A program made the translations under genes and the position numbers. A DNA stretch of 64,000 bases from positions 224,001 through 288,000 of the forward strand of contig CAXXFK010000001.1 of assembly GCA_963663965.2 (NCBI GenBank), in the 5' to 3' direction. Numbering within the stretch: position 1 is the stretch's first letter; every line of letters begins with the position of its first letter. The notes beneath the pieces are model-generated. The model had not been told where the DNA came from. It was given only the letters and a program-made list of their open reading frames with translations, and searched no databases. Positions 48,567-59,800 of the stretch are shown here, in pieces. Source of the stretch: Sedimentisphaerales bacterium (lineage in GTDB: Bacteria; Planctomycetota; Phycisphaerae; Sedimentisphaerales; SM23-30).

Positions 48567-50681
48567 TCAATCGCAAGCGGGATCCATATACACACCGCAG
48601 GATAACCAGACTTCGGTAATCTGAGCAAAGTCAAGCAAATCTACCCGGCAGTCGTTGTTAAAGTCATAACTATTGGCATAATCGAGAATACACAATTCCG
48701 CATCGGGATAGACTTCCAGATAGAGATCGGCTACTTGATATGCAGTTAATGGATAGTTGTAAATCTTCATATCGTCGATCGCGCCAACCAGATGGCCGTT
48801 GGGAACACCGCGATTATTATTAGCGCCAATCAAGACCGGGTAATCCCAGGCGGCGAAGGTCTGGCCGATTCCGAAATTGGCAGCATTACCAACCGGCAAG
48901 CCATCCAGATAAATTTGTGTCAGGCCGCCTTCCTGATAAGTGACCGTAAACAGGTGGAACTGGCCATCAGCAATAACCGGTGTGGTTGACACTCCGGTGG
49001 CGAAGGTAGCGTCTCCCGTGGCATGACGGATACGGAAATTGATATCTTCCGGACTGCCGTCAACCCATAGTTGAATGGCAGTAACCCCGTTGCTGTTATG
49101 GGTGCTGATGAACATCACATTGGTCTGGTCGGGAGCCAGACCATCGACACGCGCCCAGCAGGAAACGGTACCTGAGGTGACGCCATTACCCAGGCCGGGT
49201 TTGGGATAAGCGTCGGTTGACAATTCGACATATTGAGTACCATCCAAGATCAAAGCGCCATCGCCAACAATACCCGGACCGAAACCCGGAGGGATATTGG
49301 GATCGGGTTCGGCTTTGGGCGTGCCATGATTGGAGCCGACCGCATCATCCGCATTGGTATCCAATGGATAGTAGGCGAGCATCCGTTTAATGACCAGACT
49401 GGCCGGTTGACTTTGATCGGATTCAGTGGTAGAGGCAATACAATAATAATAACCCTGATCGGCAATATCTGCATTGGCAATACTCAATCCGGTAATAAAA
49501 CCATTCTCAGTTCCATTCGTATCAATTGTCAGGGTATAATCTCCTACTTTTACCGGACTGATGCTGGTATCAACGGTTCCAATCAAGGTATCGGTCTCAC
49601 CCGCTTCCAGGTACCATTTAACCGTAGGCAGTGAACGACTGGTGAAGTGAGCATCAAAGACAGCCGTTTCACCGGCATCGATAAACTGACTGACGGGATC
49701 GCTATCGAATGTGGGTACACTCTTTATCGTATCGAAGAAGGAGATAGGACCTTCAACTGCATTGGGTTCGGCAATGCCATCAATCCGCCAGAAATAAGTT
49801 TTATCCATTTCCAGGGCTAACGGGGGAGTCACACCGGTTTGATCGCCAGTGGCATCGATGACAACGGGTGCCACATCGATAAAATTGGGTTCATCCACTG
49901 CCACATAGAGCTTGTAACCGGTAACACCTTCGGCAGTCGCGCCGGTCCAGCTTAAGGTCGCATTTAGAGGAACCTCAATCTGGGCAAATTTTGGATAGGA
50001 AGGAGTAGCGCTGCCACCATCACTGACATCCAGTAAAATGTAATCCATTTTATAGACATTTTTGGAACGGGCCGCCCCCACGGCTCCGATATTTGGATTG
50101 GTGGTATAGGTATAAGTCCGTCCGGTGGTAAAATCATCAGAAGTCACCTTCTTGACCTGCCAGATCACCCCCCATTGAGCCTGGGTAGTATCCAGAATAA
50201 TCCGCATATCGGCATCGCCAGTATAAGTGCCGGTAATATCGGCGCCGCCGGTAGTACCCGGTCCATAAAACGCCTGGTCAGCGCGCGTATCCGCAGCAGC
50301 CCGATGCAGCATCCAGGGTTGGCCGGCTGTCACGCCACCAATAAACCGATAAGCATTATCGCCAGCACTGGTTGATGATCCGGCAGTAAATCCCAGAGCC
50401 CCCCAGTCACCTGCAGTAGCCACATCGATAAAACGAACCGTTAATTGATACACCCGGCCGGCCTGAGGAGTAAACGGCAAAGTCGCGCTGCAATCGTTGG
50501 TTGTATGCGTTCCCGCAGCCGTCCAGGAAGAATGGGCGATCCAGGCAGAGTTACCAATATCCGGTTTGAGACCGTTTAAGGGAGTCGATATGTTCCCATC
50601 CAGGTTGTCAAAAATCAGTACTTCAGCAGGTAAACAGGCTGCCAAAGTCAGCAACATAAGTAGCATCCATTTCATTTTCAT
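48567..50681 (-). CDS. Secreted Ig + LamG-like jellyroll protein with C-terminal dockerin-like module (paralog of 46753-48483)
   Basis: Signal peptide, TYFWRID, DQGYYYC, IDDMKIYNYPL, DFNNDCRVDLLDF; GGAGG SD. Confidence 0.85.
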   Translation of the reverse strand: MKMKWMLLMLLTLAACLPAEVLIFDNLDGNISTPLNGLKPDIGNSAWIAHSSWTAAGTHTTNDCSATLPFTPQAGRVYQLTVRFIDVATAGDWGALGFTAGSSTSAGDNAYRFIGGVTAGQPWMLHRAAADTRADQAFYGPGTTGGADITGTYTGDADMRIILDTTQAQWGVIWQVKKVTSDDFTTGRTYTYTTNPNIGAVGAARSKNVYKMDYILLDVSDGGSATPSYPKFAQIEVPLNATLSWTGATAEGVTGYKLYVAVDEPNFIDVAPVVIDATGDQTGVTPPLALEMDKTYFWRIDGIAEPNAVEGPISFFDTIKSVPTFDSDPVSQFIDAGETAVFDAHFTSRSLPTVKWYLEAGETDTLIGTVDTSISPVKVGDYTLTIDTNGTENGFITGLSIANADIADQGYYYCIASTTESDQSQPASLVIKRMLAYYPLDTNADDAVGSNHGTPKAEPDPNIPPGFGPGIVGDGALILDGTQYVELSTDAYPKPGLGNGVTSGTVSCWARVDGLAPDQTNVMFISTHNSNGVTAIQLWVDGSPEDINFRIRHATGDATFATGVSTTPVIADGQFHLFTVTYQEGGLTQIYLDGLPVGNAANFGIGQTFAAWDYPVLIGANNNRGVPNGHLVGAIDDMKIYNYPLTAYQVADLYLEVYPDAELCILDYANSYDFNNDCRVDLLDFAQITEVWLSCGVYMDPACD

Positions 50682-50743
50682 AATTTATCCTCCAGAAATA
50701 GGAAGTTATACATTCATCCAGCCGAACTACCAAGGCGGCGGGA

Positions 50744-52438
50744 TTAATACTTACGTTCAAAAATCAGTTGTGGCCGGCCAAACAAGGTCCAGTCATGATC
50801 ATTAGAATTCCCGGAACCCTGAGTCGTAATCAGGGTTAAAAATCTGGTATTCTGGGGGATCTTCAGATCCAGAGTTTCACATTCTCCCGCGGGAAGATCC
50901 TGTCGGGAAAACAAGGGTTTGCCATCAGCCAGGATAAAGAAATCCGCACTGGGAATTCGTGTGCCTTCCTGGGTAATTGATGGGTAGTTGAGAATCGTTT
51001 CGGAGATCCCGCAAATGGCTTTAAAAGCGACAACTTTCAGACCGGCTTGCTGTCTGCGAATGGCATCCAGGTCAAAGGTGATCCCTTGATTGGCGTGCAT
51101 GTAAATGGCCGGCATCTGTTCAGTACCATAGACAATACCGTCCAGAGTCAAATTATGAATCGGAACGTTATAACCCCGGCTGCCATGCCAGGCACCGTTA
51201 AAAACGCCGCCCCAATACCGGCCGTTGGTATCCGGGCAACCATCGAAAGTTAATCCTGAGGTACTGATAATAACCGTCTCGCTCCCATCGGGAACAAAAA
51301 TGCCATCAATATAAGGAGAATCCAAAACAGGCTGAAACGTTTGGGGGCCAACCGCCGAAGTCGTGATGGTATCGAAAATACGAAAACCGCTTTGACTGGG
51401 ATCGAGACCCCGGTTCAGCACACCCGCTTCAAAGCCATTACCGCCAGAGACAATATCCGCAAGGTTAAGTGGCTGACCATGCCAGGTTCGGTTCAATGTG
51501 GAATCAAAATTTTGCACAAAGGCCGTTTGATCCTGCTGAATCACTTCCATACGGGCCGAACCGGGCCGAACCCGTCTGGCCTCACCGGCGGTTAACATGG
51601 CGTTTTGCAGCGTTTTGCCGGTATCGCCGGCGATCAGATTGGCTTTGCCTTTAAACATATGAATATCCGAAGCCCCATTCAGTCCGACATTGATGCCGAA
51701 TTGGGTCCCCAGATCGATGACGCGCGAAGTAGGCGTGCGCACCATAAAACCAGATGCCGCCTGAGGAATGTAACAGAATATCCGGCCATAACGCAAATCG
51801 AGTTGTTCCGGCGATACGCAGGCGAACGAGGCCGGGCCTTCAATAATCACTTCGGCCTGGTCATCAAATCGAATCCGGACCAGACCTGCGGTCATTTCGA
51901 TGGGCTGGCTCAAATTAAAGACACGGTTGTCTTTTTTCAGAACGCACCAGTCATCTTTCCATTGAGCCTGCATGGTATCGACGACCGTTGCCACAGAATG
52001 CAAATGGGGCAACTGATAGGCATCGATCAAAAACAACGCCAGAATCAGGATTGCCGCCGAGGCAACCGCCGGCAGGAGCGATTTCCAGTTCACACGAAAC
52101 GGTTTGCGTTCCGGCGATGCGGAATTAGGATGGGAGACGGGTTGCAGTTGTGGTATCTCTTCGACCGTTGGCGCTTCTTTTTCCAACTGAGCCATGGACA
52201 TAAGCACATCCTGGCAACTACTGGCGCTCATACCCGACGCCATTGCCGCCCGGGCCCCTATCCCGATTTTCATGGCGGCATAATGCTGCATGAACTCGTA
52301 ATAGTGAGCGACCGCCTGGGGATCCTCATGCAACCATTGCTCCAGCTGCGCAAACGCTTCATCATCGATACTATGGTCCAGCAACCGCAAGAGCAGTTCA
52401 TCGATTTGCCTGGCATCTTCTCGGGTCATTTCAGACAT
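50744..52438 (-). CDS. FecR-family anti-sigma factor with C-terminal NPCBM/NEW2-like domain
   Basis: TM, VIIEGPA, F.VRTP..VIDLGTQFG, MHANQGITFDL, FLTLITT..DWTLFGRP. Confidence 0.85.
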   Translation of the reverse strand: MSEMTREDARQIDELLLRLLDHSIDDEAFAQLEQWLHEDPQAVAHYYEFMQHYAAMKIGIGARAAMASGMSASSCQDVLMSMAQLEKEAPTVEEIPQLQPVSHPNSASPERKPFRVNWKSLLPAVASAAILILALFLIDAYQLPHLHSVATVVDTMQAQWKDDWCVLKKDNRVFNLSQPIEMTAGLVRIRFDDQAEVIIEGPASFACVSPEQLDLRYGRIFCYIPQAASGFMVRTPTSRVIDLGTQFGINVGLNGASDIHMFKGKANLIAGDTGKTLQNAMLTAGEARRVRPGSARMEVIQQDQTAFVQNFDSTLNRTWHGQPLNLADIVSGGNGFEAGVLNRGLDPSQSGFRIFDTITTSAVGPQTFQPVLDSPYIDGIFVPDGSETVIISTSGLTFDGCPDTNGRYWGGVFNGAWHGSRGYNVPIHNLTLDGIVYGTEQMPAIYMHANQGITFDLDAIRRQQAGLKVVAFKAICGISETILNYPSITQEGTRIPSADFFILADGKPLFSRQDLPAGECETLDLKIPQNTRFLTLITTQGSGNSNDHDWTLFGRPQLIFERKY

Positions 52439-52961
52439 ACTCTCCCTGACGCATGCTACGATCGATACATTGACGAAGCATACTTAAGATTCGGGTCATC
52501 GATTTATACAATCCATCCGGCGACCGGCCGGTTGCCTGTGACATTTGTTTAATCGCCATATTTTTCTGGAAACGCATCACAATCAGCGATCGATCAGAAT
52601 CTTTGAGTTTACCGACGCACTGGTGCAAATGATTTAATCGATCAGACAAATCATCCCGGTCAGAATTCACGTATTGCTCAATTTGGCTATAGGTATCCGT
52701 GTCGAAAAAGGGCCTGGTTTTTTTGTTTTTACGTACAAAATCTATTACCTTATTACGAGCAATACTGCATGCCCACGCACTGAAATTGGTACCCAGTTGG
52801 AAATTATCAAAATGTTCCCATAACAGGGAGGATGTCTCCTGCAGCAATTCTTCGGCATCGTTTTCATTGTGGACCATGGTCAGAATATAAGCAAACAACC
52901 GGTTTTGCACCCCGGTATAGTGCCGGAAGAACAACTCACTTTTTTTGCTTTTATCTGACAT
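52431..52961 (-). CDS. ECF sigma-70 factor
   Basis: DAEELLQET, NFSAWACSIARNKV, region 4 HTH; coupled to the FecR gene. Confidence 0.92.
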   Translation of the reverse strand: MSDKSKKSELFFRHYTGVQNRLFAYILTMVHNENDAEELLQETSSLLWEHFDNFQLGTNFSAWACSIARNKVIDFVRKNKKTRPFFDTDTYSQIEQYVNSDRDDLSDRLNHLHQCVGKLKDSDRSLIVMRFQKNMAIKQMSQATGRSPDGLYKSMTRILSMLRQCIDRSMRQGEYV

Positions 52962-53256
52962 CGGTAACTTTATTACGATTCCAATAGATTCATCGAGACA
53001 AGAACCGGTTTTATATACAATTCATCCACTTATACACAAAACGTTAGATTTGACAAAATTAGAAGGTAAAAATCCATTTTTTACCAGAATCTGCATTGTT
53101 TTCATCGGCCATATATGACAATAATAATGTCTATGGTCTTGATATCAAAGACTTTGCATATTCTCGAACCAGGGCACATCCTATGCCGACTGACTGTTAT
53201 AAATTTTCAAGCATTCCTGAATACTGGCGCTTTGGATCAAAATCAATCCAATCCGG

Positions 53257-54084
53257 TCAATCTGGGATAACGATCTCATCGGCGCTTCGGTACTGATAAC
53301 CACGGTGCCAGGGCAGGGTCCATAATTCAGCTAATTTTACCGATTCGATATGAGAGTCTTTAAACGCAATGTTGACGGAACGTTTGTGGCGGTCAAAACA
53401 GAATCGCCACATTTCACCGATACCCGAAAAGGCATAATCGTTGGGGGTATCGCCCAGGTTAGTTGGCGGTTGATCGGGCGATTGGGGCCAGCCGATCGTC
53501 CAGAGAGCATCCCCAAAGACAGGTACATCACCTTTGACGCTATCCCATCGACGATAATATAAATTGGCGCGTTCGGGGACATTTTCATACATGGCATCAT
53601 AAACTACCCAGCCATTCATACCATAACTACCCATTGTGGACATATCATTGGTACGCTGCCACTCCCAGGGTTTCTTACGCGTCCCCCAATATCCCGAGGG
53701 ATTTTGCAGAGTGGTATCCGTATTGTAGCCGGCAGCAGGCGCCGAAGGACATAACAGTAATTCGATGGTCTCACCTCTCAGGTAACGTTGACTGTAATTG
53801 GCATTTCCGGCGTATTTAGCCAGTTTGCCCATCCAGTAGAGATTGGTTTCATTAAAATCAAGGTTGTTACGTACTGAAAATCGTTTATTGTCGTTATCGA
53901 CTTCATAGACTTCCAGAGCCCGCATCAACTGTGACAAATGGGTTGAACAGACCGTTTTTTTTGCCTGTTCCCGAGCCTGTCCCAACGCCGGCATTAAAAT
54001 CGCAATTAATAACGCAATAATCGAGATGACAACGAGTAATTCTATTAATGTAAAGCCTTTAAGGTTGTTTCGTTTCATAGTCAT
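53257..54084 (-). CDS. Prepilin-type N-terminal cleavage/methylation protein (PVC H-X9-DG-type)
   Basis: [53 protein letters not shown]. Confidence 0.92.
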   Translation of the reverse strand: MTMKRNNLKGFTLIELLVVISIIALLIAILMPALGQAREQAKKTVCSTHLSQLMRALEVYEVDNDNKRFSVRNNLDFNETNLYWMGKLAKYAGNANYSQRYLRGETIELLLCPSAPAAGYNTDTTLQNPSGYWGTRKKPWEWQRTNDMSTMGSYGMNGWVVYDAMYENVPERANLYYRRWDSVKGDVPVFGDALWTIGWPQSPDQPPTNLGDTPNDYAFSGIGEMWRFCFDRHKRSVNIAFKDSHIESVKLAELWTLPWHRGYQYRSADEIVIPD

Positions 54085-54302
54085 AACAGGATTCCAGTAA
54101 GTTGTAAGCAATCTGTAACTTCGCTACTTTTATAAACAGAAACGAAACGTTTCCAAAAATTGGATGATAAAAATTGTTTTTTTGATATCGGATCAAACCC
54201 GGTGCATTGAAATATGGATGAATACGGTCACTAATCCAAATAAACTGTCAGCCCATATAGCCGGCTAAGGGTGATCATTATTCGTTATTCGAACAGACAA
54301 AT

Positions 54303-54593
54303 CTATTCAAAATACTTTGGTTGCCCCAGTGTTTTAAGCGAAAATAATGAAAAGATGTGATGGCCGTCATAATCCATAACACGCAGATCATCTTGCTGTT
54401 GCAAATCACCCATCACGGCATTATAATGCATCCCATACTTTTCCTTGACCAGGTTATCGGGAATTTCGTACGCAATAAATTTTTTGATCCCCTTGGAAGC
54501 CAGTTTTTCAATTAACCTGGGATTTTCTATGGAAGGGTAAGATGTAAGTACTAAAATCGGCCCTGTACCAGAAAATATAATAGCCGCATTCAT
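54303..54593 (-). CDS. Hypothetical small cytosolic protein
   Basis: Protein-like ORF (GTGPILVLT..KGIKKFIAYE..LRVMDYDGH) with AAAGG SD before ATG 54593. Confidence 0.7.
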   Translation of the reverse strand: MNAAIIFSGTGPILVLTSYPSIENPRLIEKLASKGIKKFIAYEIPDNLVKEKYGMHYNAVMGDLQQQDDLRVMDYDGHHIFSLFSLKTLGQPKYFE

Positions 54594-54800
54594 AACAACC
54601 TTTCCTTTCTGCTGTTTTGACAACTCGCTCCCGGTCCGGATGGGCCAGCCTGATCTGACATAATATAACTGCCAATATAAAATATTAGGTCATCCTGAGT
54701 TATGAAGTCAAATTTTATTCATTATGCTCATTAAAAAATTATTTCAAATCCAATGTTGTACCTGGCTGAAGCAATCCAGATAACGATCACGGTGTCGCTA

Positions 54801-55637
54801 TCAATTATGGTGCGGATTGGTCTGCGAGGGGCTGATCCCAAATAAACGTTTATATTCGCGACTGAAATGATAAGGACTGGAGAATCCCAGCCGACTGGCT
54901 ATCTGGGTAATAGTAAACTGCCTTTGACGCAACAATTCACGGCCCAGAGTCAGGCGAACCTGGTTATAATATTTTTTCGGGGATTCTCCAGTCGCTTTCT
55001 GAAACAAATTACGAAAATGGCGAACACTCAATCCGGCCATCCCGGCCATCTGCTCAATGGTCATGGGTGGATTGAAGCGGCTGTACATCAGATCAATCAC
55101 CTGATCGATGGCGTCGAAATGGCGTTCCGTCGCATCATTGCCACTTTCGCCGGCCAGCCATTCATATAATGTTTGAAGAAACAACGCGGATGCCATTCGG
55201 CGACTGGATTGACTGTGTTTGCGTAACAGGGATGATATCAGCCTGAATCGTCCCGGTTCGTCAGGTAAGGGCAGGATCGCCATAGGAACATACAACCTGA
55301 AATCCGCCGGGCCATAGGCATTGAACTCGAACCACCAGAAATGCCAGCTTGAGTCCAGGCATCGATAGCGTTGCAATTGCTGCCAGTCAAATAAAACCAG
55401 ACTGTCACCGGTAAGCACTATATCCCCCCGGTTTCTGAAACGGATACATCCTCGGCCCGCTATCGATTTAAGCGCGATTAATCCGGTACCGCCATGGGTG
55501 TGGATCTGGCGTGAGGTCTGGATTGACCGGTCCAGGTTAATATCATATTGGCTATCGGCCAGAACATGCCAGACCGTATGGAGATCAAGTCCGATAACGC
55601 TGGATGGGCCGGCGGCTGTGGCGTATTCTTCAAACAT
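54801..55637 (-). CDS. AraC family transcriptional regulator
   Basis: C-terminal double HTH: F.KATGESP..IASRLGFSSPYHFSREYKRLFGISP. Confidence 0.92.
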   Translation of the reverse strand: MFEEYATAAGPSSVIGLDLHTVWHVLADSQYDINLDRSIQTSRQIHTHGGTGLIALKSIAGRGCIRFRNRGDIVLTGDSLVLFDWQQLQRYRCLDSSWHFWWFEFNAYGPADFRLYVPMAILPLPDEPGRFRLISSLLRKHSQSSRRMASALFLQTLYEWLAGESGNDATERHFDAIDQVIDLMYSRFNPPMTIEQMAGMAGLSVRHFRNLFQKATGESPKKYYNQVRLTLGRELLRQRQFTITQIASRLGFSSPYHFSREYKRLFGISPSQTNPHHN

Positions 55638-55656
55638 GATAAAACTCCTGTAATTG

Positions 55657-55691
55657 CCGAAATATATATGATTATATCCGAAAAGTCTATG
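55657..55691 (+). promoter_or_regulatory. Candidate AraC-type tandem operator
   Basis: CCGAAA-N4-TATG twice with 21-bp period (55657, 55678), just upstream of TTGAAC-N16-TAGGTT. Confidence 0.55.
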
Positions 55692-55757
55692 GATTAATTG
55701 AACATCATGCCTGAATATATAGGTTCAATTTGTTTTTTTTATTTGCGAGAGAACTCC

Positions 55758-56804
55758 ATGAATTCACGCGAACGTGTTCAGATGGCATTGGCCCATGAGA
55801 CCCCGGACCGACCTCCAGTATTTGCTACATTTGTACCGGAAACCGAAACAAAACTCCGAAAATCAACTGGATGTGGTAATCAGGCCGATCTGGGAGTATT
55901 CCTGGGTAATGATATGATCAAAGATTGTGTCGGGCTGGAATTGAGTTTTTATGGCCAACCACGGCCGCAATATACCGATCCCTGGGGTATCGAATGGCGT
56001 TATATCCAGAATGAGTTTGGCGTATTTACAGAAATTTGTGGCCATCCACTGGCCGGTGATATGGCAAAACTGGGTCACTATGAAATTCCCGATCCTGGCG
56101 TAGATACTCAATATGACAATTTTCGAGCGATGAAAACACACTATGGAACGGACAAATGGTTGATTGGCTCTTCCCAGATCAGTATTTTTGAAGCGGCCTG
56201 GTATCTGCGCGGGCTGGACCAGTTTATGATGGATATGGCGCTGTCGCCAGATTATGCTGAAGCTCTGATGGACAAGGTGATGCAATTCCCCCTGGGCGCC
56301 AGCCGGAAATATATCGAACTGGGGGCCGATATGGTCTGGTTCGGGGATGATGTCGCCATGCAGACCGGCATGATGATTTCAGTGGACATGTGGCGTCGTT
56401 TTCTTAAACCCCGTTATGCAATCCTGTTTAGCGAAGCCAAGCGGATCAATCCTGATATTGTGATTGCCTATCACAGTTGCGGTAACTGTGAGCTGATCCT
56501 GGATGACATGATAGAAATCGGTCTCGATGTTCTTAATCCGATCCAGCCCATGGCCATCAATCCGGTAATGGTCAAGCAACGTTACGGCAAACACCTGACA
56601 CTTTTTGGCGGTATGTGTGTACAGCGGATCATGCCGAACGGAACACCGGCTGACATCCGGCATGAAACCCAACGATTAAAAACCGAATGCGGTTCAAATG
56701 GCGGCTATATCCTGGCGCCCGCCCATCATATTCAGGCGGATACTCCGGTTGAAAATGTCATGGCGTTTTATGAAGAAGGCTTGAAACTAATTCCTGGACA
56801 TTGA
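55758..56804 (+). CDS. Uroporphyrinogen decarboxylase / MtaA-CmuA methyltransferase-fold protein
   Basis: MNSRERV..PDRPP, DPWG, LRG, GDD, YHSCG, LNPIQP, GGYILAPAHHIQ. Confidence 0.88.
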   Translation: MNSRERVQMALAHETPDRPPVFATFVPETETKLRKSTGCGNQADLGVFLGNDMIKDCVGLELSFYGQPRPQYTDPWGIEWRYIQNEFGVFTEICGHPLAGDMAKLGHYEIPDPGVDTQYDNFRAMKTHYGTDKWLIGSSQISIFEAAWYLRGLDQFMMDMALSPDYAEALMDKVMQFPLGASRKYIELGADMVWFGDDVAMQTGMMISVDMWRRFLKPRYAILFSEAKRINPDIVIAYHSCGNCELILDDMIEIGLDVLNPIQPMAINPVMVKQRYGKHLTLFGGMCVQRIMPNGTPADIRHETQRLKTECGSNGGYILAPAHHIQADTPVENVMAFYEEGLKLIPGH

Positions 56805-56818
56805 GTTGGAGTTTAATA

Positions 56819-59800
56819 ATGAATCGACGGATAGATATCTTGTTACTAATTATATCGGCAATGCCTTTAATCAACTCAGGCTGGGCGATTCCGCAAGGAT
56901 GGTATTCCGTGGCTTCCGTTGATTGTGGCACAGAAAGCGGTGACAGTTTCCTTGATACCGGAGATAGTTATCGCTATCCGGAAAGCGATCTCAGTCTGGA
57001 AAAAATATCCGCGGCGGATCCGATGCGTACGGTCGCTTACGGGGAAGAAGTGGCCTATGTTTTTGGCAATTTTCAACCGGAAGCGAAATACGCCGTTAGA
57101 ATCTCCTTTCTGTCAGAAAAGGGCGGCCGGATTCAAAATTTAATGGCAAACGATATGATTCTGCAAGATAATATCGAACTGCCTGACGGGTCTCCGGTTA
57201 CTCTGGAATTTGAATTGTCACCGGCTATCTATCAGGCAGGAGAAGTAACAATAGCAACTCATAGAATCGCCGGGCCCAACGCGGTCATAGCCGCTCTGGA
57301 AATCTTCAGCGATAGAACCGGCCCCTTAACAGCGCCAGCCGATAGCCCCGAAACGCTGCCCGAACCGACTTACACTGCTATTCCGGTCAATGCAAAAATC
57401 ATGGACCTGAATGGCGCCTGGCAGTTTAATCCTGTCTCAGATGAGAGACCGTTACCCCCCCGCGGGCGAGGCTGGTCCACTATTCAGGTTCCAGGTGAAT
57501 GGTCCATGCAGGGATTTACTGTTGACCGAGCGGCGGAATATCGGCGGGATATCGATATCCCGCTGGAGTGGCAAAGCCGGTGTGTTAAATTGCGGTTTGA
57601 CGCCGTGTATGGTGATGCCGAAATCCTGGTCAACAGTAAAATAGCAGGCCGCCATTCAGGGACGTATACCCCATTTGAATTTGACATTACCAATTTGATC
57701 CATTGTGGCGTTAATAACGAAGTACGCGTCAGGGTAACAGCCAATACCCGTGCTGACCGGTTGGCCACGGGTTCAAAGTACGCGGTTCATCCGCTTTATG
57801 GCATTGCCCGCAAAGTTTCCCTGTTTGCCGTACCACAGCTGCATATCCAGAATTTCCATGTTGCAACCGATCTGGATGATCAGTACCGGGATGCCATTCT
57901 CAAAGCTGGAATGAAACTGATCAATACCAGCACATTACCTGTCCATGAAGTTGAAGTACTATTTAAGCTGAAAACCTGGCCTGAAGAAAAATATGTCGAA
58001 ATCACCAACCACAGTTTTACCATACCCATCCCTCAAAATGCCAACAACATCCAATCGATAGAACCAAACCAGAGCAATAAACCAGCCATGACCAACCAGG
58101 TATTTCATCTGGCGGTTGAGCAGCCTCGCAAATGGGATTGCGAACATCCCAATCTGTATACCCTGGAATGCCAGTTAAAGCAGAATAATACGATTATCGA
58201 GACGGTGCGACAGCGTTTTGGTTTTCGTGAATTGGCCGTCTCTGGCAATCGGTTTTTGCTCAATGGTGTTCCGGTGAAACTGCATGGTGTTGACCGGCAT
58301 GAAGTACATCCACTGACTGGTCGCAGTTTGAAACCGGAAGATAACTGGTGGCGCAAAGATGCCGAACTATTTAAAGCCATGAACTGTAACTATATCCGAA
58401 CTTCGCATTACCCGCCGGCGGAAGAATTTATCGACGCCTGTGATGAAATAGGTCTGTTCGTGGAAGAAGAAGCCCCGATCTGCTGGGGCAACGATGGCAG
58501 CCGTTTGAATCGCCCGATTGTATTGCAGAGTACGGCCGAGATGATCTCTCGTGACCGTAGTCATCCAAGTGTCATTATCTGGTCGCTGGCCAATGAATCG
58601 AAATGGCAGAAGAATTATCAACTCAGTTTTGCCCTGGCCGAAAAACTGGATCCCACCCGGCCCAAAACATTCCATGACCAGTGCTGGAACAATAGCCACA
58701 GCACCACTCAGATTGCCAATCAGCATTATCCCGGCCCCGGCGGTCCGGAACGCGCGAACAAAGAAGACCGCCCGGTGCTCTTTGGTGAGTTTTGCCATCT
58801 AAACTGTTATAACCATGAGGAGCTGGTGACCGATCCGGGCCTGCGCGACGCCTGGGGGCTGGTGCTGGCAAGCATGTGGGAAGCAATGTACCGGTCTGAT
58901 GGCTGCCTGGGCGGTGCGATCTGGTCCGGTATCGACGATACCTTTTTCCTGCCGGATGGCAAGGTTGTGGGCTATGGTCCCTGGGGCCCGCTGGATGGCT
59001 GGCGACGATTGAAGCCGGAAGCCTGGCATGTATTCAAAACCTACGCGCCTGTGCAAATCGAATTGGGTGAACAAACAGAGGAACAGATATGCCTGCAAGT
59101 GGAAAACCGGTTTGGGTTTACTGATCTGAATGAATGCTGGATTCACTGGCAATGCAATGGTCGTAACGGGCAATTGAAAATGGAATTAACGCCGGGCAAG
59201 CGCGGTTCCCTGACTTTACCGGTAAAAGTGAGTGATCTGGATAACATGATGCTCGATATCAAAGTTTACGACCCGGTTGATCGTCTGGTCCAGCATACCC
59301 GCTTTGGAAATAACTCTCAAATCGAGACTCCAATGACACCATCGGGCAAGCCATTTCAGGCTAAACAATCAGGCTCAACCTTAACAGCAGAATCGACCGG
59401 AATGCGGATTCGCTTTGATTTGAAAACCGGCCTCTTTATTTCCATAGAGAGTGATGGTCAGACTATTCTGACTGGCGGGCCCACTCTGATGCTGCTGGCA
59501 GATTATTTCCCGCCCGACAGCACCGCGCAAATGATCGGTACCGATCAGTTCGAATCTTATACGGCTCCATGCACCAACTGGACCTGTACGAACATTGATT
59601 GGCAACAGGCTGACAGCGGTGTGACGACCATCAAAGTATCCGGTCACACCGATCAGGCAGAGGGCACTTATACGATTGATCTGGATCGAGGCGGCCGGAT
59701 TACGGTAGCCTACAATTTCACCAATAAAGAAGAAATCAAAGCTCGCCAGATCGGACTGGTTTTCGATGTCCCTAAAAGCCAGTCCACTTTAAGCTGGCAG

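Noticed and set aside
51605..52552. 315-aa + strand ORF
   Set aside because: Antisense to the FecR and sigma genes.
53031..53056. Third copy of the transposase repeat (TATACAC...TTGACAA)
   Set aside because: Spacing differs and the palindrome half is missing; more likely chance or promoter sequence.
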